Assembly (NCBI GenBank): GCA_030390025.1
Contig: CM059427.1
Span: 3,720,001 to 3,784,000 of the forward strand
Reading direction: 5' to 3'
Origin: Squalus acanthias
Taxonomy: Eukaryota
DNA length: 64,000 bases
The notes under the pieces are model-generated. The model made no database searches, had not been told where the DNA came from, and saw only the letters and a list, made by a program, of their open reading frames with translations. A program made the position numbers and the translations under genes. Of this stretch, positions 25,118 through 37,200 are shown in pieces (the stretch's first letter is position 1; each line of letters begins with the position of its first letter).

Positions 25118-25926
25118 AAAAGTGTGAGGTGATACATTTTGGTGGGAAGAATGAGGAGAGACAATACATGCTAAATGGTACAATTTTAAAAGGGGTGCAA
25201 GAAGGGAGATACCTGGGGGTGTTTATACGCAAATCTTTGAAGGTGGCAGGACAGGTTAACAAAGCAGTTAACAAAGCATATGGGATCCTGGGCTTTATAA
25301 ATAGAGGCAAAGAGTACAAAAGCCAGGAAGTTATTCTAAACCTGTATAAAACACTAGTTCGGCCCCAGCTGGAGTATTCTGTCCAATTCTGGGCAGCACA
25401 CATTAGGAAGGATGTGAAGGCTTTGGAGAGGGTACAGAAGAGATTTACTAGAATGGTTCCAGGGATGAGGGACTTCAGTTACGTGGAAAGACTGGAGAAG
25501 CTGGGGTTGTTCTCCTTAGAGCAGAGAAGGGTAAGAGATTTGATAGAGGTCTTTAAAATCATGGGGGGTTTAGACAGAGTAGATAGAGGGAAACTGTTTC
25601 CAATGGCTGAAGGGTCGATAACCAGAGGGCACAAATTGAAGGTGATTGGCAAAAGATCCAGAGGCGACATGAGGAAAAACTTCTTTACACAACGAGTGGT
25701 TAGGATTTGGAATGCACTGCCTGATAGGGTGGTGGACACAGATTCAATAGTAGCCTTCAAAAGGGAATTGGAGAAATACTTGAAGGAGAAAAAACTGCAA
25801 GGATATGGGGAAAGAGCCGAGGTGTGGGACTAACTGGATTGCTCTTCGAAAGAGCCGGCACAGACTTGACGTGCTGAATGGCCTCCTTATGTGCTGTACT
25901 ATTTTATATTTCTATGATTCTATGAT
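25118..25926 (+). mobile_element. CR1 (HER1-like) LINE 3' end with uninterrupted ORF2 C-terminus
   Basis: LYKTLVRPQLEYSVQFW..LERVQKRFTRM..RDLIEVFKIM..FFTQRVVRIWNALP; (TTCTATGA)n-like tail. Confidence 0.95.
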
Positions 25927-28254
25927 ACCTGACAGCATTCTCATCAATTAACTTCTTCTTTTAGGAATATATGGGTATCCATATTTTTGTCCCTTTGAGC
26001 ATGGTATTGATTTTAGTTAAATTCTTCCTCCATTTTATCATGGGTTGAGAGGTACATCTTGTTTCAGTCCACTTTACCTCCATTTTTCTTGGATCAGTGA
26101 TGTTTCCCTTGTTTGTCCACGCACCTTATTCCTTGGGTTGTCACTTGTGTTATGCATGACATCCTGTGAATTTGGATATCGTCATCCTCCTTCTCTACTG
26201 TTCCACTTACACACTTTTCTTTTTCTTGATATGTGGCCAACCTCTAACCCATCTGCACATTTAAAAATTATTTTTTCACCATAGAACTAACTGGGTGGAT
26301 TGATTTGAGTAAGTCCACCACTGTCACAATGGTCTGAGTTCACCATCCCTGCAGCCAACTCATTTGCGTGCTCCCTTGCTAACTCTTCTTGCCTGCACTG
26401 TAAAATGGCTTGTTATAAAATATGCAAAACTGAATAATCCAGTTTCTAAAGTAGACTGAGACTTTTAATTGTGAAAATCCCTTTCAAATGTGTGGGTGGG
26501 ACCCACTGGAGTGAAAGCAAGTGGATATATGGACAGTAGCGATTATAATTAAAGTTGCGTTAAACTTCAGTCTGGCCATGTCTAACCTTCAAATAAACCT
26601 TTTAAAAAAACAACCTTTTGCGAGTTGCATTGGAGGAATGAATTAAAATGGAACATCAAGCTCTCAAAGGAAATATTGTACTATCAAAACTAAAATGAAA
26701 AACTTAGGTACAAGTTTTGGTTTCGAGTGGACCCATCTGCCCTAGTTGAAGGACAGATTTCGCCTGGCAAATAAGAATCTCCCTTTGAGATTAGAAAGCA
26801 CCGATATTGTAGATGTAATTTTGAAATCACAACTCAAATGGACCTGGAACTCTAAACCAGCCAATTCCATAGCCAGATTTTCACTCACCAGCTGCCAGGA
26901 TGAGTAGGTATAGATATACAGTAGCTACCAATTTAGGAGGCAAGGATAAAGCCCCTTTTTCCTCAATAGTATTGTTTGTAATGTCACAACTATGTTACAT
27001 CACATGTTGGTAGTAGTGACAATGTCTTTGGTATTGTCACTGTATAAAGGCAGAGCGAGCTTAGTGTATAAATATTTATATAAATTTATTGTGTGCTGTA
27101 CAAATGTAGAGCTAAGGATGTGCATGGTCTAAAATGGCCTCTCAGCATGCCTAACTTCCAGAGGATGGCTTTTGTCTTCAACTTCCATCCAATTTTTTGT
27201 CTGTTTTTTAAGCCAGGAAGACATCATTTGAGAGGAGTGAACACCTACTTATAGATCATTCAACCTGGAAATGGAACCATCAGAGGAAACATTAATCCAT
27301 TAACTGCATTTCAGGCAGTTCAAAATCTAATGAACCATTTCAGCCAGCGATCACTAAGACTGAGGGAGAGAGGAAAACTGGAGCACAAAAGCATAGGAAC
27401 CAGGTGGTCCTGGGTGAAGTCGAACTGAAAGCAGGTATTATAGATTGCTGCTGAAGAGACTGGCTACATTCTCTGTTGTCAGGAACAGAGCATAGTTTTT
27501 TAAAGATCAGGCCATTTACTGCAGTCATTGTACATAAGCTAGTGCTGTTTGTATGGTGTTTAATTTCTGTAAATAAATCTACATAATTAATGTGGAATCA
27601 GAGCCCAGCTCGAATGTGGTGTGTTGACACTGCTATCTTCCAGAATGGTTTAGAGAGGAATAAAGTGCAGTAAGTGTTAGCAATCTACGATTGTGTGAGT
27701 CTTAAATGGTGTGAGGTCTCTGCAGGAGCAGTAAACTGTAAGCTGACACTTCTGGTTCATACAGGATCTGAGGTCTACTTACAGGAAGTACATTGCAAGA
27801 AGGAATTGCTCTTTTCAATAACCTGAAATTACATCAAACTAATGGCAGCAGGTTTTGAGAGATGTCTGTGCAGTCAACTACGCTTTTACATACCATTTTC
27901 AGTCTGTAATGGCTTTGAGTAGTGTATACTTTATGGTGTATATGTATATTTGAGGTTACTTTTTGACCAAGATCCACTGACAGTCATTGAACAGTAGCTA
28001 TATACTCTGATTCCTACTTCTTCTCAAACTCTCTTCTACCCCATTTTCTAAAGGGTTTTTCTGCTTGTTTATGTTACATGTGCTCTGTACAGATTAGTAA
28101 AGATTGCTTATCATCAGTACAGTTGTAGTCCTTATCTCACCTGGACCTCATATGGATCTTGGATCTGTGCCTCTGTCAGAATGTCCAGCAGTTAAAATGC
28201 TTGACCCATCTCATGTGCTCATAATTGCTTCTTCTAATTGCTAAGTAGAGCATC

Positions 28255-30350
28255 TGGAGCTCAATTGTCCTTCTAATTACAGCCCGTTTTCGGGCAGTTT
28301 TGGGATGCTAAAAAGAGTCAAATGGAGTGGTAAGATACACTGCCTCAAATCCGCCCCAAAAATTGCACCATAATTCTCCTTAAAAAAAGGAATTCCTCTT
28401 TAACACCCGCTTGGAGCCTACTTTGACACATTTAAATGGGATTGGTTGGGTGTGGTTAATATTTCCACTTCATTTCTCTAACTTCTGCTCCAAATCTGAC
28501 ACAAGTTGAAACCACCACTATATGAGTGGTAACCCTGAGCTGGATACTACATTAAGGAACCCATTTTGTTCGCTGGAGCTGATGGTTTGTGTGACTTTGC
28601 CTGCATATTGAATTTAGCTTTTTGCTGCTCTGGAGGTTCTATTAACATTTTTCCTGGCATATTTAGTCAGCACCATAGAAAGTATAGGTTCCGACTGGAG
28701 ACATGTTTTCCCAATGGGAATTGCTCTAATTCTATGTTTTGAAGAGGCAGATGATGACAATATGGAAGAGTCTAAGTTGGAGGTATTAAGAGTGAGACAT
28801 CACAGAACATATTTGGTTCCGATATATGGATACCCACTCCACACGACTTACTGACCTAGAAGGACTTACTTAGATTTCTCTGGACGTCACCACTTTAGAA
28901 GGATTTGCTTCCCCTCCTTTCCCTCGAGGCAATTAGGGAGATATGTCAGCTGCTTACTGAAGACCTACAGCCCACTTTTCCTAAGAGAACAGCATTGTCT
29001 GTACTTGTCAAAGTCATTGCTGCTTTGAATTTCTTTCTAATTGGATTCTTCCAGGCACCCTGCCACCCTCACAAAGTCCTTCACTTTCAAAGACTTCTGC
29101 CTATTTCCTACATAAGATAGAAGTTCAAATTTTACACACCTTGATCCAACTCCAAAAAGTTGCAAGCATGCACAGAAATCGACTCTGAGGTCTATGTGGT
29201 CAAGTTATGTTTACTTTCCGGCACAACATTCACCAAAAGATGGCAACATTCTATAGATAACTGGTTCTAACTGCTGTGTCTACCCTTTGTGCCAGCTACC
29301 TTAATTGCTGTAGCTCCTAATCTACTACTTCTATGAGATACTCCTTGGGTGAGATGAGGTACAGCGATGGTTGGCTGGGCAAGTGCCCCTGGAGCCTTAG
29401 ATCCCTGAGGGGACTTTCATTTCAGGGAAGCAGCTGTCCCAAAGGGGCCAGCATCCAAAGCCTTTCTCTTGCAGTGTTAAGGATTGCCAAGCCCCTGTCT
29501 GAACCTCCCTCATGTGCAGGCTTTGGAGCTGGCTTTGAGGAATTAGGCTTACTGCCAATCATTGGAGAGACAGCAGCATCTGTGATTACTCTTTGCAGCT
29601 TGCTAGTGCAGGGCACAAACTCTGATGTGCTATTGGTCAGTCTGATGGCAAATCTAATAGTCCCAATCCAGGTCTGGAAGCCCTGTGAACTGGTGCTGTT
29701 CAGACTAACCCTCAAGGCATGTATTGAAGCAATGGTAACTGCCACTCCCAAAGCCACCAATGTCTTTAATGCACTTTGCTGTTGCAGAAACCTCATGAAC
29801 TGTCACTAGGGTTTTTCTGCATAGCGTGAGAAATTTCCTGCAAAGTGTTGCAGATGCTTGTAATGAATCCTCCCGCTTCTTCGTCATCTCAACCATATGC
29901 ATGGAAACCCTTTCCACTGTCTGCACAGGAGATCAATACTCCCTTAGCACTGTTCTTTTGAAGACTGGGCTCTGAGATCTGGGACTCCTTGGCTCCTTAG
30001 CTGAGGGCAGTTGTTTCTTCACTATATGTGGAGGAATGGTACTCTCCCTCTCTACCACTTCCAGGTCCTTACTAATTCTCAGTGCTTCACCTAGTGAAAA
30101 CCTTTCTGACTCTTTAAATATTTCCCCCTGAACGGGTGCCTCTGGACTGGTGCTGGAGTAGGTGAGAAGCCATGTCGGAGTTGATGAGGATGTGGCAGAA
30201 GTTCTGTATCTGGACAGGGCAGCAGTTATGGATCTGGAAGTCCCTGGGCGGTAATTTCAGTGGCTGGCCTCTTCCTCCAAGGCACTCCCTATGATGTCGA
30301 AAACAGAAAAGCTTATTTAGCTGTGCCACTGTGATATTTAGTTGAAGAAA
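28255..30350. mobile_element. Decayed autonomous-type Harbinger (transposase N-terminus on +, Myb-gene remnant on -); boundaries approximate
   Basis: 28905 ORF SLEAIREICQLLTEDLQP..RTALSVLVKVIAALNFFLIGFFQ matches the HARBI1-like transposase N-terminal region; minus-strand decayed ORF at 29400-30310. Confidence 0.65.
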
Positions 30351-30779
30351 TAGTGGCTAAGTGTAAGGGCACTGCAATACTTTCAGAAAACACATGAAGC
30401 TGACACTACCTGTCCCAGCCTTGCCCAGACTTTATCAACCTTCCCTTGCCACCTCACCTCCAACCTTACAATCTCTCACAGACTTTCCTGTCTGTCTACC
30501 TATTATCTGATGCTCCTTCAGACATCAAGAGCTATCCAGTTAGTTTCATTCTCCTGCCAATCCCCTGGTTCCTATTACATTTTTATTTTTCAAAGTATAT
30601 CCAATTCCCCTTTAAAAGCAATTATATATTATAGATTCTGAAAAAAAATCTTCAGCTCCAGTAGGACTCATTACTGTTTAAATGAAGGTCATGATGTGGA
30701 GATGCCGGCGTTGGACTGGGGTGGACAAAAATGAGAAGTCGCACAACACCAGGTTATAGTCCAACAGATTTATTTAATT

Positions 30780-30817
30780 TTACAAGCTTTCGGAGCTGTC
30801 GCTCCTTCCTCAGGTAA
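30780..30817 (-). ncRNA. Minimal hammerhead ribozyme
   Basis: TTAC-CTGAGGA-A-GGAGC-GACA-GCTCC-GAAA-GCTT-GTAA on the minus strand. Confidence 0.82.
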
Positions 30818-31366
30818 GTTAGCAGTGAGAGAATCTCCCAGAATTCACAATTTAAACACAGACAAAATCTATTCAAATATTTCCCTACATCAAAGACACA
30901 CTAAGAGCACAGCCAAGACAATGAGATGTGTCCCAGGGGGTCCAACGTGTCAAACCACCTGCTGGCTGCATATCCTGTCAATTTGTGTTAGTCTTTTTAA
31001 AAAAAAACACCTGGGAAGACCGGCCATGATGTCAAGTCACGTTCTGTATCGTGACATGAACCCGATATCGCGATTGAGGCCATCCTCATGAGTGCGGAAT
31101 CCGATATCAATCGCGATATCGGGTTCATGTCACGATACAGAACGTGACTTGACATCATGGCCGGTCTTCCCAGGTGTTTTTTTTTTAAAAGACTAACACA
31201 AATTGACAGGATATGCAGCCATCAGGTGGTTTGACACGTTGGACCCCCTGGGACACCTCTCATTGTCTTGGCTGTGCTCTTAGTGTGTCTTTGATGTAGG
31301 GAAATATTTGAATAGATTTTGTCTGTGTTTAAATTGTGAATTCTGGGAGATTCTCTCACTGCTAAC

Positions 31367-31404
31367 TTACCTGAGGAAGGAGCGACAGCTCCGAAAGCTT
31401 GTAA
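31367..31404 (+). ncRNA. Minimal hammerhead ribozyme
   Basis: Identical to 30780-30817 in the opposite orientation; stem I TTAC/GTAA. Confidence 0.82.
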
Positions 31405-31959
31405 AATTAAATAAATCTGTTGGACTATAACCTGGTGTTATGCGACTTCTCATTTTTGTTTAAATGAAGGTAGTCAATCCCCTGCAGGATCACATATCTT
31501 AGCACTGGCAAGGTCTGGGGCCTTTTCTGGTGCCTCTCAACAGGAGCAGCTCTCAGCTGGAGAAAGTTCCGCTGAGACCTTTTAACGGTGTAAAGAGCGG
31601 AATTCTTGGAGTAGCCGAGGAACCCCCGGGTTCCACCCACTTGATATAGGGGACAGATGGAAGAGCCGTCATCGGCTCTCTCAACAGAAAATGGCAGAAA
31701 GAAAAACACAGAGCAGAATCCCAGCAGAGCCAGGCACTCACCACATCTTCCGGACCCTTGTCAGGCAATCCTCCCAGGGTGCATCATCATTTGGAGCCCT
31801 CAGTTCTTTTTCAAATGAGCAGGTTTGCCTTACAACAGATGAGCGGCTTTCCTGAATACAGCAGGAAGGAAGGATTACTGGAGAGGCGTTCTACAGGTAA
31901 CTCCTGGAATGTGATCTAAATATCTTACCTTGCTGCTTTGGTAAGGTGGAAAGAGAAAC

Positions 31960-32711
31960 AATATATTAAATAGCAGGAGAATCCATGAACTTATTGGGCC
32001 AGCTGGATGCTGTGTAAGAGGAGAGGAATTTGGGCGCTCAGGTTCACAAGACATTTAAAACAGTATCTCAAGTAGATAAGGTGATTAAAAATAAAACTAA
32101 TGGAATATGGGGTTTATGGCAAGAGGTATAGGACATAAAAGTCAAGCTGTGCTGGTGAATCTCTATAAAAACATAGTAAGGAGTACGATGTGTAGTTTTG
32201 GGCTCCATACAATAGGAAGGATGTTGAGGCAATGGAGAGGATACAGAGCAAATTCACCCGGGTGCTGCCTGGGTATGAGGCAATACAAATACAAAGAAAA
32301 ACTTGAAAAATCAGGGCGGTTTTCATTAGAATAGAAAAGATTAAGAGGTGATTTAACAGGGGTGTTTAAAATGATTAAAGGATGGGACACAGTAGATAGA
32401 AACAAACTGTTTCCAGTGATTGAGATGATAAAAAATTAAATGTAAGAATTTCGGACAGAGAGCAGGAGAAACTCGCCTTACACAGAGGGTTGTGAGGCTG
32501 TGGAATGCACTACCGTAGTCATTGAAGCAGAGATCGTGCCAACATTTAGAGTAGTTTAGATAGGTGTTTGAAGAATAGGGAAATAAAGGAATATAGGAAT
32601 AGGACAGGCACATGGGTTTAGGGCTACTGCTCGTGTGGAGGACAAACACCAACACAGACTGGGTGGGACGAATGGCCTGTTTCTGTGTTGTAATTTATAT
32701 GTAATTCTATA
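31960..32711 (+). mobile_element. Decayed CR1 LINE 3' end
   Basis: GFMARGIGHKSQAVLVNLYK..RLRGDLTGVFKMIKG..RVVRLWNAL remnants; CR1 tail GAATGGCCTGTTTCTGTG..TAATTCTAT. Confidence 0.85.
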
Positions 32712-34046
32712 AAGAACCTTACAATGTCTGATAAATGATTTACCGGTTTTATGTGTGACACTCCTTCTAACGCATTTTTTATGAGTTTTTATATTCTTTA
32801 CTTAATGTATTCTCATGTTCTTATTCCTGGTTCACTGATGTTGGCAGCTATTTTAGGCAGCAAAGCCTTTTGGCATTGAAAGCCTTCTGCTAGGGCTTAA
32901 GTGTGTGTAACATAGGAACAGGAGTAGGCCATTCAGCCCCTCGAGCCTGAACGGGCTGTAACCTAGATACTCAAGTGAAGCATCAACAATTTTCAAGCGA
33001 TAAAATGAGTGATGCAGTGCGACAATGCAACAGTACCTTCTTGAATTATGTGAAATAATGTTTCAAGTTAAAATGTTATACCTAAAATCTTGATCTAATG
33101 TGTAGTTAAGATTAATGTGCATTATATAAAAGCCACATTTTAATCCCATCCATTTATATGAATAATGGAATCACGCAGCAGCAAGGATTGTGTGTGAAAA
33201 AGATGGAGAGTATATATAATAAATATATATAGATACACACACACACACATATATATATACATACCCGGACAGACAGGAAATGTGAGTGACATGGCTGAAT
33301 CAAGGATTGTAGCTATTACTTTTTCCGTTTTTCCTAGCCATTTTAAGATCACTAAAAATAAACCTAATTTGCCAGTGTGAAATATTACTTTATGTTGCTC
33401 TCTTCACTTTAAAATGGCTCAAGAAGAAAAGGATTAAGAGCACTCTATTATTCCTTTCTTGCTCTAAAATCATTCAAATGAACCCAATCGTAGACATAAT
33501 GGCCTGGGTTTTATGCTGCTCTCTGCCGAGGGCGGAGTGGGGGGCATAAATCCACATGGGGACACGCTCCGCTAACACCAGGCCTTTTTATGTATCCCTC
33601 CTGCTTTACGCCGGCAGTTACGCCGGGAGCCCGGAGCACCTGCCCAGTGTGTCCAGCAACAGCCCGCAACTGTTGCGGCAGTTTGATGTCACACATCACA
33701 ACTTTTTCCCAGATGCCACTCTGACGGCCTGAATGAAACAGGCTTCCCCCCTTATCAAGATGCACTGAGTAAAGGGAGAAGTGGTGTCGTTGTTAACTAA
33801 AGCCACAACCAGAGTGCTGTCATTCGGAACTTTACAACTCTTTCTTAAATGCTTTTTCTTTCACACTCTTTTTCTGGGAAGTCAATCCGTCAGCCAAGGA
33901 GAAGGCTCCGCAGTGAGTTTATCCCAAACAGCTCCTCTCCCTCCTCACAAACCACTGCAGCGCCTGCAAGGCGATCGCTTTCCCCAAAGGGATTCTCCTA
34001 TTCCTGGCTGCAATGGAAGATGAAGAGAGTAAACAACAGAAAGAAA

Positions 34047-34210
34047 TGATGTGGAGATGCCGGTGTTGGACTGGGGTGGACAAATGTGAGAAGTCGCACA
34101 ACACCGGGTTATAGTCCAACAGCTTTATCGTCAGGTCAGACTTCACCTGATGAAGGAGCAGCGCTCCGAAAGCTTGTGATTTCAAATAGAGCTGTTGGAC
34201 TATAACCTGG
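34047..34210. mobile_element. PLE family A short inverted insertion
   Basis: Antisense 3' terminus followed by sense hammerhead segment; TSD AACAGAAAGAAA at 34035-34046 and 34211-34222. Confidence 0.88.
34143..34179 (+). ncRNA. Minimal hammerhead ribozyme
   Basis: TCAC-CTGATGA-A-GGAGC-AGC-GCTCC-GAAA-GCTT-GTGA. Confidence 0.85.
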
Positions 34211-37200
34211 AACAGAAAGAAAGGAGGAGAATGAAGCTTTACCAGAGAGTATGTTCCCCTCCTTGCTGTACTCAGCTACAAGAAAGTAACAATACCATCA
34301 GAGTTTCAGAAACCTTACCCAGGAGCAGTGTGTCAAGAAGCTTTGCTTTACCCAAGGAAGCAATCCAGGAACATTGTGATACGTTGCGCTTGAACCTCAG
34401 CCCCACTTCCTGAACTCCCAACTACCTTCCCTGTGGCGGTAAAGGAAACATTCGCCATCATTTTTATTGCCTCGGGTTTATTCCAGGCTGGCAACAGAGA
34501 CGCTAGTAATGAGAACACACACTCTGTAGCAGCTAGCCAGAAAACCCGACTCATGCCTCTGGGTGGGAAATTGACGTACGATATATCAAACTACCACTCG
34601 CTACACTACCAATCACTGTTCACCAACATGGTGCATCCCGTTCATGCCTCTATGCGTTCCTCTAAATGCTCCTAACCTCCTGTCTCTTGTTGGTTCCCCA
34701 CTAAGCTTCCCTCGTGCTTGGAGATGGTAAGGTGGTTGGTTGCCCAGCAATATCATGTACCTCTTGGTCCTGGAGCGGCCTTCCTCTCATGTTGCCTATG
34801 TCCTACAATTGACCAGTATGGTATCTGTAACTGCAGACCTTCGATGTGGGCAGCTTGACCCTGCCACGTGTATGTCCCCTATGAATGACTCGGTGGTGAC
34901 TCATCAGATGTGTTGCTTGCTATACTGTCCTGAGTGACATTATGATCAACCAATCAGCTCCCTGCCAATTCACTGGCTCATGGCATTGCCTCTATGAGGC
35001 CAATGGACTGAGAGACTGTAGTCACAATGGTCCATGTAAGTTCAGTGAAGCCATGGCTAATGGCTCTCTTCATCCTGTTACCAACTTCCAATAGGGCTGT
35101 GGAGAAGCCTCGTCACCCAAGGTCTACATGACAGAATTAAGGCTTGCCACGCAGCATCCTACTCCTGACCCTTGAGCCTCTTGAATTGCAGTGTCCTCTG
35201 CAGGCATACTGGGAGCAGCCATTTGATCAAGGAATGCCTCCAGTACTCTGAATCAATCCATCATGGTTGGATCCATGTCAGCCGTGGACTCCTCCAACTG
35301 AGCTGACAAGTGCTGAACATGGTGGGAAACCAGCCTTGAAGCCTCCATATAGGTTTGATGCTCTGTGAGTATCTGTCTCTTGAAGGTCACGCCCGCAAGA
35401 TTTCGGTCCAACGGTTCCTGAGGGCTTCCATCGCTTCACCCTCTGGCCAGGAACTGCAATATAATTTTCTTCCTTGTCTCCCTCCTCCTGACAACTCAGT
35501 GTATCACCCAATGCTATTCCTTGCTGGAAACTATCTAGTGGCCCCTGAGTGCATGTCCCATGCTGTGCTTGGCCAGGAGAAAGTGCATGATGGCGGTGGA
35601 AGCTGGTAAACTTCCTCCACATCCTCTTCTTCTTCCTCTCCACTACTTTTTGCAACACCAGGTGGCACAGGGCAAGAAGAGGGAGGTAAAATGACAATGT
35701 GACATGCAGGCTTATCTATTGACTTGCACAATAGGCCTCAGCTTGATTGTGCTGTGAAATTTGCTTTTGAATTCTATATAAGCAGCACCAGGTGGAGAGT
35801 CTGGGAGTAATTTGACGAACTTTGAACTGGCACCTGCCCTCCCACTTCAGCACGCCTTCAGCCATGGGCCCTCCCAGGATTTCTATGGCCTCCTCTAAAG
35901 ACGCTGTAGGTTCACTTGCCCACTTCCAGTTGCCTTATTTTCCCTCAGGTAGTGGAACATCTTTTTTCCTGCAAGCGTAATGTAGGATATGTGACAAACA
36001 TAATGGTGTTTCATCCTACTTAGTGCTGGACATGCTGATCATTCAAGTGAGTGAGTAAGGATTTTTGTAATAAGTAACATGGCCACTTTCAAGTGGGAGC
36101 AGGCAGACAGGTCTGAAGGACAAATGGCATGTGCTGGGCTGTGGGTAAGGTGGTGGGGAAATTGGGAAAGTACTGAAGGCATTTCAAAAAGTTCTGAAGT
36201 GTCCAGTGGCTAAGTAGTGGGGAGCCTACACGCCTGGCAGCACAAATGTTTACGTTGAGCTTCAAGCGCCCACTCTTACATAACCCATCCTCTTCGGGCT
36301 TGTTGACCACAGGGTCTTGGATGAGACATTCAAAGTCTGTGACACCTCCCTCCAACATGCTGCCACTACCAATCTCAAGGAACTTCTTTACCTGTCCACA
36401 AAAAGGGTTTCCCGCCTCTTTCTGACTTCCTGAAGGATCACCTGTAGCTGCCCAACAGTGAACTTATTTGAGGGGCATCCCATTTGTACCTTTGAAGCCA
36501 TTCCTGAAAACCTTGCATTTCTCTCCTGCTCTTTTCCTTCTCTACAGGTTCCTCATTGAACTCTTATGCTGCACAGTCTGAACACAGCCACCTTCTTTTC
36601 TTTCTGTCTTGTTCCTCTTCCTCCAAATGCAGCCACAAACTCTCAGGAAACTCCACAGATCATCCCAGTCCCAGCGGGACTTTAAGTCCTGCTGCACTAC
36701 TATGACATCCACCTTCATAGTGCCCGTGCCCAATCTTGGGTGGATCTCCCATCAGAGGTCCACCCTTGCTCATGCAAATGAACTGACCCCGGAAAACACA
36801 GTGGGATCAGCGGCACACATGTTGGGCGGAAGCCACTGCATCGGCCTCAAGGAAATCCCAGGCTAGCGTGTATTTATGTAAACAGCATTCAACCTTGTAT
36901 CTACTACCTGCAGCACATCCTATTCAAACTAACACATGGGTCTCTGCTTGTGAAGGGGTTACGCCTAATAATATCATACAGCACTTAAATGGTCTGTTTT
37001 TAAATACTTTGACTACTTTAAGTCTGCAGTTTAGTTTCTTCTCTACCCAATATGCTTTTATGTTGATTTTTAAGTAAATGTAAAGAAATTTAAAGTGGCA
37101 ATGATGGAATATAAAAATTCTCGCCACGATACACATTTTGGCTGAGGCCACCTTCCATGACTCTGTTACCAAGCCTTAGGTTTAATTTGGTGAGTTATTT

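Larger units (their letters stand above)
30690..31456. mobile_element. PLE family A inverted insertion forming a long hairpin
   Basis: Arms 30725-31077 and 31107-31459 (353 bp, ~4 mismatches, 29-nt spacer); TSD TGTTTAAATGAAGGT at 30675-30689 and 31457-31471. Confidence 0.92.
33501..36864 (-). mobile_element. Harbinger element retaining a decayed, intron-containing Myb/SANT gene
   Basis: TIRs GGCCTGGGTTTT / AAATCCCAGGCT (10/12); minus-strand remnants VILQEV..KRRETLF..WREVSQTLNVSS (~36300-36450) and, after an acceptor at ~35969, MFHYLRENKATGSGQVNL; no TSD seen. Confidence 0.55.

Noticed and set aside
25129-25833. 234-aa host gene
   Set aside because: C-terminus of CR1 ORF2, 5'-truncated, directly followed by the CR1 tail
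27344-27434. Isolated exon-like segment (CAG|PAITKTEGERKTGAQKHRNQVVLGEVELKA|GT)
   Set aside because: Weak splice signals, no recognizable homology and no partner exons
28905-29120. Domesticated HARBI1 gene
   Set aside because: Only an N-terminal fragment, with upstream stop/frameshift and no DDE core
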